Position numbers and translations under genes: made by a program
Notes under the pieces: model-generated
The model's input: the letters and a program-made list of their open reading frames with translations, nothing else
What the model was told of the DNA's origin: nothing
Database searches by the model: none
Assembly (NCBI GenBank): GCA_012966015.1
Contig: DTRI01000396.1
Coordinates: 1 to 48,153, forward strand
Length of the DNA: 48,153 nt
Source: Flavobacteriales bacterium
Lineage (GTDB): Bacteria; Bacteroidota; Bacteroidia; NORP154
Reading direction: 5' to 3'
Shown here: positions 8,881-17,094 of the stretch, piece by piece
Position numbering within the stretch: position 1 is the first letter of the stretch
How the letters are laid out: the number at the start of each line of letters is the position of its first letter

Positions 8881-8898
8881 TATTCCCTTAAAAACATG

Positions 8899-8906
8899 TA
8901 CTTTTG
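8899..8906 (+). promoter_or_regulatory. Candidate Bacteroidota sigma-A -7 box (TAnnTTTG) for the PKS operon
   Basis: TACTTTTG ends 19 nt upstream of the PKS ATG at 8926. No clear TTTG -33 element was found, so support is partial. Confidence 0.35.
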
Positions 8907-8925
8907 ATCTGAATATCAGATAGAA

Positions 8926-10050
8926 ATGAGTAAAATAGTAGCCCTCGCAACCGCCATACCGAGGTACAAGTATCAGCAGGAAGACATAGCCGCATATATG
9001 TCGTCGGAATTGGGCTTTGGCTTAAATGGTAAGTCGCGCGAGATCAACTTGCTGTACAAGAAAACGAAGATAAAAAATCGCTATTCTGTTATTCCGGATT
9101 ATCAGAGCTCAAAAGGCGCGAAGGTATTGTTTGTGGATGATGATGTAGTGCCTTCAGTCGATGATAGGATGGAGCTCTATAACAAAGAGGTATTGCCGCT
9201 GTCCATTTCCGCCATTGCCGAATGCATGAAGGAAGCCAACAGCAACAGCGCTAAGAAGATAGCATTGGGCGATATTACACATTTGATAACGGTGAGCTGT
9301 ACCGGGCTGGCGGCTCCGGGCCTGGAAATAGAACTGTCGGAGTATCTAAAGCTTGCCCCTGAGATATCGAGATTTGGTGTGAACTTTATAGGGTGCTATG
9401 CATCTTTTCACGCCATGAAGATGGCTGATGATATTTGCAGGTCCAGGAAGGAGGCGAAGGTGCTCATCGTATCCGTAGAATTGTGTACCATTCACTTCCA
9501 AAAGGAAACGGACAAAGACAACCTGCTGGCAAATGCCATATTCGGCGATGGGGCGGCGGCAGTGCTGGTAACCCCTGATGATTTTGCCGCTGAGAATTTT
9601 GATAAGCAATTGAAGATGGAGTCTTTTTGCACGCATGTATTGCACAAAGGAAACAAAGACATGGCCTGGAAAATATCCTCCAAGGGCTTTTTGATGCGGT
9701 TATCATCCTATATTCCCGATCTGGTAGATGAGGGAATAGGCCCACTGGTAAATTCCAGCTTGAGCCGGTTGAATTTGAAGTATGAGTCTATCGACCACTG
9801 GGCAATTCACCCGGGAGGCAGTAAGATACTCGAAGTTTGCCACCGTATCCTCGAGCTGGAAAATGGCGCACTGGAGGCCTCCTATAAAATTCTTGCCGAA
9901 TATGGTAATATGTCATCACCTACAATCTTATTTGTGCTCAAAGAGCTATGGGATAACCGGATTGCGTGGAACAGGCCCCAAAATATTTTTGCGGCGGGAT
10001 TCGGCCCTGGAATCACCATGGAATCGGCCGTATTTTCTACCGCCAGCTGA
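8926..10050 (+). CDS. Type III polyketide synthase (chalcone/stilbene synthase superfamily, alkylresorcinol-synthase-like)
   Basis: 374-aa ORF. Catalytic triad contexts are VSCTGLAAPG (Cys), WAIHPGGSKIL (His) and YGNMSSPTILFVL (Asn), with a C-terminal GFGPG loop. Confidence 0.9.
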   Translation: MSKIVALATAIPRYKYQQEDIAAYMSSELGFGLNGKSREINLLYKKTKIKNRYSVIPDYQSSKGAKVLFVDDDVVPSVDDRMELYNKEVLPLSISAIAECMKEANSNSAKKIALGDITHLITVSCTGLAAPGLEIELSEYLKLAPEISRFGVNFIGCYASFHAMKMADDICRSRKEAKVLIVSVELCTIHFQKETDKDNLLANAIFGDGAAAVLVTPDDFAAENFDKQLKMESFCTHVLHKGNKDMAWKISSKGFLMRLSSYIPDLVDEGIGPLVNSSLSRLNLKYESIDHWAIHPGGSKILEVCHRILELENGALEASYKILAEYGNMSSPTILFVLKELWDNRIAWNRPQNIFAAGFGPGITMESAVFSTAS

Positions 10051-10052
10051 TC

Positions 10053-10757
10053 GTGCCCGTTTCTTTTAAATATCGCTCTGAGAAAGAAGAGCTGCTGGAT
10101 CAGCCTGATATTCCACAACAAGATCTGTTTCGAAATTTATTTGAGCTGGATAAGATCAATAGAATGCTGGGTGGCCACAGCGCTACCTTGCAGGGGCTGG
10201 AGCGCCTAATGACGGATAAGTCGAAAGTTTACAAGATCATTGATCTCGGATGCGGAGGTGGAGACACCTTACTGGCAATTCACCGCTGGGCCGCTGTAAA
10301 CGGCTTTAAAGTAGAGCTCACCGGAGTAGATCTTTTAAAAGACACAATACAATATGCCGCTGTTTATTGCGCTGACATTGAGGATTTGGAATTAGTTCAA
10401 TCAGATTTTGAGCAGCTGCCCAGATGGGAAAATGAATATGATATCTGCATATGCTCCCTGTTTTGTCATCATCTCTACGGCGAAAAACTTGAAAAGTTGA
10501 TAAAGACAATGCATCGTATGGCGAACATTGGCCTCGTTATAAATGATCTGCACCGACATCCATTGGCCTATTACAGTATATCAATCCTCACGCGAATGTT
10601 GTCTAAATCTGTTTACGTTCGCAATGATGCACCTCTGTCAGTCCTCAGAGGATTCAGTAAAGCAGAACTGGCGGATTTACTGTTAAAATGTGGCCTTGAC
10701 CAGCATACCCTGGAGTGGAAGTGGGCATTTCGATATCTAATTGTTTGTCATCAGTAA
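10053..10757 (+). CDS. Class I SAM-dependent methyltransferase
   Basis: SAM motif I is KIIDLGCGGGDTLLAI. The longest ORF (ATG at 9966) would overlap the PKS gene by 85 nt. An in-frame GTG at 10053 lies 2 nt after the PKS stop (TGA 10048-10050) and is the more likely start. Confidence 0.8.
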   Translation: MPVSFKYRSEKEELLDQPDIPQQDLFRNLFELDKINRMLGGHSATLQGLERLMTDKSKVYKIIDLGCGGGDTLLAIHRWAAVNGFKVELTGVDLLKDTIQYAAVYCADIEDLELVQSDFEQLPRWENEYDICICSLFCHHLYGEKLEKLIKTMHRMANIGLVINDLHRHPLAYYSISILTRMLSKSVYVRNDAPLSVLRGFSKAELADLLLKCGLDQHTLEWKWAFRYLIVCHQ

Positions 10758-10770
10758 ATAACCCTGCGAT

Positions 10771-11925
10771 TTGGCTGAGAACAATTACGATGTAGCGATT
10801 ATTGGTGGGGGCCTGGCTGGAATAGCAGCATCTATTCTCCTCGCAAAGGCGGGAAAAAGGGTTATCCTCTTTGAGAAACATAAATACCCCTTTCATAGGG
10901 TATGTGGAGAGTTTGTATCCAATGAATCACGTGATTTTCTGATATCCCTGGGCCTGAATATTGAGGAGCTCGAGCTCCCTTCTATCGACAAATTGAACAT
11001 ATCTACTTCGAATGGAGGTATGAAGACCTTTCCCCTGAATCTGGGAGGATTTGGTATCTCGAGATATCTCTTGGATCATAAGCTCGCTGATATTGCAAAA
11101 AGCAACGGGGTAGTGGTAATGGAGGGAACTGCAGTGATGGATCTTGCCTTTCACGATGCGCTCGAGCTTCACGAGATTTCAACTTCGGATAATACATACA
11201 CTGCCAGGATAGCCATTGGAGCCTTCGGTAAGCGTTCGGCAATTGATAAGCAAATGAACAGGCCCTTTATCAGAAAACCGTTGCCACCTGGGCGCAACTT
11301 CACAGCGGTGAAGTACCATGTTAAGGCTAACTTGCCTGATGATGTAATAGAATTGCACATCTTCAAGGATGGGTATTGCGGAATATCAAAGGTGGAAGGA
11401 GAAGGCAGATATTGTATGTGCTACCTAACCACGGCTGCCAGTCTTCAGCAATTTGGGGGCGATATTAAAGCGATGGAGGAGGGAGTGCTGTTCAAAAATC
11501 CAATACTGAAGGAGTACCTGACCCATTTCCCCTCACTCTACGCTGATCCCCTGGTGATATCCCAGGTAAATTTCAGTCGGAAGCTACCGGTGGAAGACCA
11601 TGTTTTAATGACAGGCGACGCTGCTGGTTTGATCACACCCCTCTGCGGAAATGGTATGAGCATGGCACTGCACGCTGCTGCACTGGCAATTCCTATGGTT
11701 GAGAAGTTCCTGGAGGGCACACTGAATAGAATTGAGCTGGAGAGAGCATATACAAATAACTGGAACCAGCTGTTTTCAATGCGCCTTAAGGTGGGGCGCG
11801 CGCTTCAGCATTTGTTCTTCGACGAGCGTTTGATACAATACACGCTGTCTGCATTACAGCCATTTCCTTCACTGAGCAATTATTTGATTGGGCGTACGCA
11901 CGGCAAAGCTTTTGTCAGTAAGTAG
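10771..11925 (+). CDS. FAD-dependent oxidoreductase (flavoprotein hydroxylase / geranylgeranyl-reductase-like)
   Basis: 384-aa ORF with a TTG start 13 nt after the methyltransferase stop. It has an N-terminal dinucleotide fold YDVAIIGGGLAGIAASILLAKAGKRVILFEK and the GD motif MTGDAAGLITPLCGNG. Confidence 0.85.
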   Translation: MAENNYDVAIIGGGLAGIAASILLAKAGKRVILFEKHKYPFHRVCGEFVSNESRDFLISLGLNIEELELPSIDKLNISTSNGGMKTFPLNLGGFGISRYLLDHKLADIAKSNGVVVMEGTAVMDLAFHDALELHEISTSDNTYTARIAIGAFGKRSAIDKQMNRPFIRKPLPPGRNFTAVKYHVKANLPDDVIELHIFKDGYCGISKVEGEGRYCMCYLTTAASLQQFGGDIKAMEEGVLFKNPILKEYLTHFPSLYADPLVISQVNFSRKLPVEDHVLMTGDAAGLITPLCGNGMSMALHAAALAIPMVEKFLEGTLNRIELERAYTNNWNQLFSMRLKVGRALQHLFFDERLIQYTLSALQPFPSLSNYLIGRTHGKAFVSK

Positions 11926-12045
11926 ACGCAATCTTCTGAGCTATTAGAGCTAATCTGTCCGGGGCAGACAGGGATCAATTCGTGTTATAAATGCAGAATA
12001 TGATATTCTGTGCCGTTGCTCCATGGAATGGGCAGAGAGATTCAT

Positions 12046-12053
12046 TACTTTTG
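12046..12053 (+). promoter_or_regulatory. Candidate -7 box (TAnnTTTG) immediately upstream of mtaB
   Basis: TACTTTTG ends only 4 nt before the ATG at 12058. If functional, it implies a leaderless or near-leaderless mRNA. It could be coincidental. Confidence 0.2.
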
Positions 12054-12057
12054 CAGC

Positions 12058-13422
12058 ATGATGAAAAGAGGAGCTACAGTCGCCTTCCATACATTGGGTT
12101 GCAAACTGAATTTTGCCGAAACTTCTACCCTGGCCAGAGATTTACAGGTAGAAGGATTCAAAAGGGTAGCATTTAATGAAATCCCCGACGTATTTGTCAT
12201 CAACACCTGCTCTGTAACAGAGAATGCAAACAGAAAGTGCAGACAGGTCATTAGCAAAGCCCGGCGGATTGCCCCAGATGCGGTTATTGCAGTTACAGGC
12301 TGTTTTGCGCAGCTTAAACCAGAAGAAATAGCTGATATCCCTGGGGTGGATATGGTGCTGGGTGCCGCAGATAAGTTTAAGCTGACAGAGCATCTTTTGA
12401 ATTATAAAAAAAACGCTGCTGCGAAGATTTACTCCTGTGAGATCGATCATGTCAATGAGTTTATACCGTCATATTCAAAAGGAGATCGAACCAGGGCATT
12501 TTTAAAGGCACAGGATGGTTGCGACTATTCTTGTTCGTTTTGCACAATTCCGCTTGCAAGAGGTGCGAGCAGAAGCGATACCATAGAAAAGATCGTTGCA
12601 TCGGCACAACAATTAGGTGAAGAAGGAATTGTGGAGATCGTTTTGACCGGTATCAATATCGGCGACTTCGGTAAAAATAATGGGCTTGACCATCCCGAAG
12701 AGTTCATTGACCTTATCAGGGAGCTGGATAAAGTGGAGAGCGTGGAAAGATTTAGGATTTCGTCAATTGAACCCAACTTACTCAATGATGATATCATTGA
12801 ATTTGTGGGTGCGTCAAAACGTTTCATGCCTCATTTTCATATACCCTTGCAGTCGGGCAGCAACAAGATCCTGAAATTGATGAAGCGCAGGTATCTCAAA
12901 GAACACTATGCAGCTCGTATTGAAAAGATCAAGAATACAATACCTGATTGCTGCATCGGAGTGGACGTAATTGTCGGTTTCCCGGGTGAGACGGATGGGG
13001 ATTTTTTGCATACCCATAACTTCATTCGTGATTTGGGCGTTTCCTATTTACACGTGTTTAGCTATTCGGAGCGAGACAACACACTTGCAAGTGAAATGCA
13101 CGGGATGGTTCCAAGGTCCATAAGATTAGAGCGTAGTAAAATGCTCCAGGCCTTATCCGATAAATTGAAGAGAGAATTCTACTCAGGCTATCTAAACCAA
13201 TCTATGAATGTGCTTTTTGAAAGTGAACAAAATTCAGGGGAGATACACGGGTTTTCTGAGAACTATATCAAAGTTTCTGCTCCTTTTGATCCATCGTGGG
13301 TCAATCAGGTCATGCAAGTATATGCAAGTGAGTTTGATCCTGAGGGAAATCTTGTGGTTAATCAGCATGTTGATACGGCACAGCCGGCTTCAGCAACCGG
13401 TACAACATCTATTCACAACTAA
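12058..13422 (+). CDS. mtaB: tRNA methylthiotransferase, MtaB-like (radical SAM MTTase)
   Basis: The N-terminal MTTase block is VAFHTLGCKLNFAE and the radical-SAM motif is CDYSCSFCTIP (CxxxCxxC), with a TRAM-like C-terminus. The ORF track starts at GTG 12010. The ATG at 12058 (MMKRGATVAF...) fits family N-termini better. Confidence 0.85.
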   Translation: MMKRGATVAFHTLGCKLNFAETSTLARDLQVEGFKRVAFNEIPDVFVINTCSVTENANRKCRQVISKARRIAPDAVIAVTGCFAQLKPEEIADIPGVDMVLGAADKFKLTEHLLNYKKNAAAKIYSCEIDHVNEFIPSYSKGDRTRAFLKAQDGCDYSCSFCTIPLARGASRSDTIEKIVASAQQLGEEGIVEIVLTGINIGDFGKNNGLDHPEEFIDLIRELDKVESVERFRISSIEPNLLNDDIIEFVGASKRFMPHFHIPLQSGSNKILKLMKRRYLKEHYAARIEKIKNTIPDCCIGVDVIVGFPGETDGDFLHTHNFIRDLGVSYLHVFSYSERDNTLASEMHGMVPRSIRLERSKMLQALSDKLKREFYSGYLNQSMNVLFESEQNSGEIHGFSENYIKVSAPFDPSWVNQVMQVYASEFDPEGNLVVNQHVDTAQPASATGTTSIHN

Positions 13423-14576
13423 TGTATCCAAGAATATCTGATTTACTCCTCGATTTATTTGGCATTGACATTCCCTTGCCCATACAGAGTTTTGGCTTTT
13501 TTGTGGCCATTTCATTCCTTGTGGGAGGCTGGGCATTGACACAAGAGCTGAAGAGAAAAGAGTCTGAGGGCCTCATCAGCTCAACCATCAAGAAGGTTTT
13601 GGTTGGAGCTCCGGCGTCGTTGAACGATTTGTTATTATCAGGGATCGTAGGTTTTATTGTAGGATACAAACTGCTCTATGCCGGGCTCAATTACGCTGAA
13701 TTCGTAGTGGATCCACAGCAGTTTATTCTATCATTTGAGGGCAGCATGATCGGTGGGATAGGGGGCCTGGCCATCTCGGCACTCCTGAAATATTACGAGA
13801 AGAGAAAGGTACAGCTGGACACGCCTGTAAATGAAGATGTAGAGGTGCACCCTCATGAGTTGATTGGAAATATTGTAGTCATTGCAGCAGTGGCCGGATT
13901 GCTGGGTGCAAAGATCTTCCATAACCTCGAGAACATGGATGATTTTATAGCAGATCCAGTCGGGATGCTATTGTCATTCAGTGGCCTTACTTTCTATGGT
14001 GGGATGATCTGTGGTACAGCTGCGGTGCTTTATTACGCAAGGAAAAATGGAATAGGAATACTGCCAATGCTGGATGCAGCGGCCCCCGGATTAATCCTGG
14101 CTTACGGCGTGGGTAGAATAGGTTGTCAGGTAGCTGGAGATGGCGACTGGGGAATACCCAACGATATGCCTCAACCAGCGTGGTTGTCTTTTTTGCCGGA
14201 ATGGGTATGGGCCTACGATTATCCAAATAATGTGCTGGGAATAGACCTGCAAAGGGATTTTGCTTTAAAGGGGCTGAACAGTGAAACCGGAAAGGCTTTT
14301 CCCACTCCTCTGTATGAAACTGCTATGAGTTTTGTCATATTTGGCATTCTGTGGGGCCTGAGAAAGCGAATAACCATACCGGGAATGATCTTCTCTATTT
14401 ATCTGGTATTCAATGGTATAGAACGGTTTTTTATCGAAAAAATACGGATTAACACTGTTTATGAGATTTTTGGAAATAATATTACACAAGCTGAGATTAT
14501 CTCGACAGTTGTGTTTGTGCTTGGCGTTTCAGGTATTGTCTATTTCGCCAAAACTGGAAAACCTGCAAATAAATAA
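13422..14576 (+). CDS. lgt: Prolipoprotein diacylglyceryl transferase (long form)
   Basis: The ATG overlaps the mtaB stop (TAATG). The ORF encodes a polytopic membrane protein with Lgt-like blocks GRIGCQVAGDG and FPTPLYETA. At 384 aa it is longer than the classical ~290-aa Lgt. Confidence 0.7.
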   Translation: MYPRISDLLLDLFGIDIPLPIQSFGFFVAISFLVGGWALTQELKRKESEGLISSTIKKVLVGAPASLNDLLLSGIVGFIVGYKLLYAGLNYAEFVVDPQQFILSFEGSMIGGIGGLAISALLKYYEKRKVQLDTPVNEDVEVHPHELIGNIVVIAAVAGLLGAKIFHNLENMDDFIADPVGMLLSFSGLTFYGGMICGTAAVLYYARKNGIGILPMLDAAAPGLILAYGVGRIGCQVAGDGDWGIPNDMPQPAWLSFLPEWVWAYDYPNNVLGIDLQRDFALKGLNSETGKAFPTPLYETAMSFVIFGILWGLRKRITIPGMIFSIYLVFNGIERFFIEKIRINTVYEIFGNNITQAEIISTVVFVLGVSGIVYFAKTGKPANK

Positions 14577-14640
14577 GTAAGTAACCAGTTCTATTCTTTA
14601 ACTTTCACAAGTCCGCGAAGAGACGCTATTTGTTTTTTGT

Positions 14641-14701
14641 GCGAGCCGAGCCCTCAGCGTCATGCCGGGCCTGTACGCCCTCCTTTGGTGGGATCCGGCA
14701 T
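14641..14701. other. GC-rich structured element between convergent genes (nested hairpin)
   Basis: The outer stem is ATGCCGG (14662-14668) / CCGGCAT (14695-14701). The inner pairing is CCCTCC-TTT-GGTGGG. It is preceded by GCGAGCCGAGCCCTCAGCG and is much more GC-rich than its surroundings. Confidence 0.4.
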
Positions 14702-14740
14702 CTTACTTATCCCAGTCCTTACAAAAGTTCTGAATTACGG

Positions 14741-16852
14741 TCACCTATCCATCTTCATTCCCAGGTTGAAACACAGGAATGAAAGTATATCAGCTCCTTC
14801 TTCTATCCTTTTGGAAGTTGGCTTGCCCGCCCCATGGCCGGCCATGGTTTCAATCCTTGCCAATACCGGGTTGGATCCCCTGTGGTTTTCCTGTAGCGTG
14901 GCGATGAACTTAAATGAATGAGCAGGTACTACCCTGTCGTCGTGATCTGCGGTTATTACCATCGTTGCAGGATAGGCAACACCCGCTTTTATATTGTGCA
15001 AAGGCGAGTATCCATACAGGTACTTGAACTCCTCCTCGTTTTCACTGGACCCGTAATCCCCTGTCCAGGCCCACCCAATGGTGAACATGTGAAATCGCAG
15101 CATATCCATAACACCAACCCCAGGCAGTGCAACTTTAAACAATTCAGGCCGCTGCGTCATACAGGCACCAACCAGCAACCCGCCGTTTGAACGCCCTGAA
15201 ATGGCCAATTTTTCGGACGAGGTATATTTTTTCTCAATCAGGTATTCAGCAGCGGCAATAAAATCATCAAACACATTCTGCTTATTGAGCTTCGTTCCAG
15301 CCTTGTGCCACTCCTCACCGTATTCACCTCCACCTCTGATATTGGCAACCACGTAAATGCCGCCATTTTCTAGAAATATTGTATTGCTAAGGCTAAACCT
15401 GGGGGTGATACTAATGTCAAACCCCCCGTAACCATATAACAGTGTTGGGTTGTTCCCATCGAGTTTAACATCGTTGTGATGCACCAGGAACATGGGTATG
15501 CTGGTGCCGTCTTTACTTTTGTAGAAGATTTGTTTGGTCACATAATTGGAAAGGTCAAACTTGGTTTGTGGGCTTCTGACCTTTGTAGAAATATTCTTAT
15601 TTACATTGTATTTATAGACAATCGGCGGAGAGGTAAAGGTTGAATAAGAATAGAATGCCAGCGTATCTTCAATTTTAGAGTTGAGCCCAGACATGCTTCC
15701 TATGTTGGGTAATTTGAGCTCATATTTCAGCTTTCCATCCAGCTCATGGACAAAAGCTCTGCTACTTGCATCCTTTAAATAGCGTGCTACTATAGTTCCT
15801 CCCGACAGATTTACCCCTCTCAATGGCTCCTCTTTTTCAGAAATAATTACTGTCCAGTTTGAGTCTGCAGGATGCTGAGGGTCAACCAATACCAAGCGGT
15901 ATTTTGCGGCTCCATTGTTTGTTCTCATCAGCAATTTATCGTCGAAATTGTCTATAACACTGTGTTCGAATTCAAAACCCTTTACAATTTGTTTTATTTC
16001 TGAACTTTTGATAGACAAATCCTTGTAGTACATTCCTGAGCCACTGGTTGATTCAGATTCGTAGATGATTAAAAACCTTTCATCTCTCGTTACTTGTGCA
16101 TAGTAGTTTCTAAGGGGATAATCGGGATTGCTGAATGTCAGTACGTCTTCTGACTGTGGTGTTCCCAGCTTGTGATAGTACACCTTGTGAAATTCATTTT
16201 TCATGGACAATTCCGCTCCTTTGGCGGGTTCGTCGTAGCGGCTGTAGTAAAAGCCTTCTCCTTTCCATGAAGCACCTGAAAATTTAACCCATTTTATATG
16301 ATCCATCATTTGCCGGCCGGTAGCCACATCGAGCACGTAGAACTCGTTCCAGTCTGAGCCACCTACTGATACACCGTATACGGCATATTTGCCGTCATTC
16401 GAGATGGTGAAATCCGATAAGGCTACAGTGCCATCCTCCGATAATTTATTTGGATCCAGGAAGACTTCAGGTGCGCCGAGCAACCCCTTTTGACGATACA
16501 GCACATATTGGTTTTGTACACCGTCATTTTTGTAGAAATAGTAATACTCACCTTCCCGAAATGGAGCTGAATATTTTGGATAATTCCAGATAGAAGCCAG
16601 GCGTTTTTTAATTTTTTCTCTGAAAGGGATGCTCTCGAGGTAGTTCTGTGTTACAATGTTCTCCTCCTTTACCCAGCTCGCCGTCTCTATAGCTGTGTCG
16701 TTTTCCATCCAGCGGTATGGATCAGCTACTGTTGTACCAAAATAATCATCTACCTGATTACTCTTTTTTGCTTTCGGATATACTAACGCTTGGGAATAAA
16801 CGGCGCCTGTAATAAGCAACAATGCCACGGCGCCTATCATACTTCTTTTCAT
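14741..16852 (-). CDS. Prolyl oligopeptidase (peptidase S9A), secreted/periplasmic
   Basis: 703-aa ORF with signal peptide MKRSMIGAVALLLITGAVYSQ. It has the nucleophile elbow GRSNGGLL, Asp context TADHDDRVVP and His context MAGHGAG, plus an N-terminal beta-propeller region. Confidence 0.9.
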   Translation of the reverse strand: MKRSMIGAVALLLITGAVYSQALVYPKAKKSNQVDDYFGTTVADPYRWMENDTAIETASWVKEENIVTQNYLESIPFREKIKKRLASIWNYPKYSAPFREGEYYYFYKNDGVQNQYVLYRQKGLLGAPEVFLDPNKLSEDGTVALSDFTISNDGKYAVYGVSVGGSDWNEFYVLDVATGRQMMDHIKWVKFSGASWKGEGFYYSRYDEPAKGAELSMKNEFHKVYYHKLGTPQSEDVLTFSNPDYPLRNYYAQVTRDERFLIIYESESTSGSGMYYKDLSIKSSEIKQIVKGFEFEHSVIDNFDDKLLMRTNNGAAKYRLVLVDPQHPADSNWTVIISEKEEPLRGVNLSGGTIVARYLKDASSRAFVHELDGKLKYELKLPNIGSMSGLNSKIEDTLAFYSYSTFTSPPIVYKYNVNKNISTKVRSPQTKFDLSNYVTKQIFYKSKDGTSIPMFLVHHNDVKLDGNNPTLLYGYGGFDISITPRFSLSNTIFLENGGIYVVANIRGGGEYGEEWHKAGTKLNKQNVFDDFIAAAEYLIEKKYTSSEKLAISGRSNGGLLVGACMTQRPELFKVALPGVGVMDMLRFHMFTIGWAWTGDYGSSENEEEFKYLYGYSPLHNIKAGVAYPATMVITADHDDRVVPAHSFKFIATLQENHRGSNPVLARIETMAGHGAGKPTSKRIEEGADILSFLCFNLGMKMDR

Positions 16853-16880
16853 AACTATTGATCTTCTTTAAGAATGTAAT

Positions 16881-17045
16881 TTAAATGTCCAAAAGTATGT
16901 AAAATTGACATTCCCCATCCATCGCCCAGGCCTTCCCATCTCGGAAACCCCTTGCGTGTTCACATATTGGCTCAATAACAAATTGTCCTGTTTTATCTAC
17001 ATATCCCCACTTCCCTTTTTTCAAAGCTCCTGCTCTTCCCTCATA
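16881..17045 (-). pseudogene. Remnant of a WG-repeat (KWG) protein gene
   Basis: The translation YEGRAGALKKGKWGYVDKTGQFVIEPICEHARGFRDGKAWAMDGE matches about 1.5 WG repeats (GxA..kdGKWGyIDktGk.vI.P.yd.a..F.dG.A). No canonical start codon lies just upstream. The upstream part of ORF 16881..17219 runs through a REP-like element and overlaps the porP/sprF gene. Confidence 0.45.
16890..16897 (-). promoter_or_regulatory. Candidate -7 box (TAnnTTTG) for the prolyl oligopeptidase gene
   Basis: The minus strand reads TACTTTTG, ending 37 nt upstream of the ATG at 16852. Confidence 0.35.
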
Positions 17046-17056
17046 AAAATTATCGA

Positions 17057-17081
17057 GATTCTTCGCTTGGCTCAGAATTAC
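17057..17081 (+). repeat. REP-like 25-nt element, solo copy (GATTCTTCGCTTGGCTCAGAATTAC)
   Basis: 23 of 25 nt are identical to 27193-27217. It lies 14 nt downstream of the stop of the minus-strand gene 17095..18066. Confidence 0.7.
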
Positions 17082-17094
17082 ATTAGCGAGGAGA

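Noticed and set aside
8907-8921. The palindrome ATCTGA-ATA-TCAGAT between the candidate -7 box and the PKS start codon, a possible operator.
   Set aside because: A 6+6 inverted repeat is expected many times by chance in 48 kb. Without conservation or binding data it is not reportable as a site.
12010-12057. A GTG-initiated 16-codon N-terminal extension of mtaB.
   Set aside because: MtaB-family proteins begin a few residues before the V/A-F-x-T-L-G-C-K-L-N block. ATG 12058 fits that pattern, and the extension overlaps the palindrome and candidate promoter.
14637-14921. A 94-aa ORF (MCEPSPQRHAGPVRPP...).
   Set aside because: Its 5' part is a translation of the GC-rich hairpin element, and its 3' part is antisense to the prolyl oligopeptidase C-terminus. 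It is an artefact of the repeat-like sequence.
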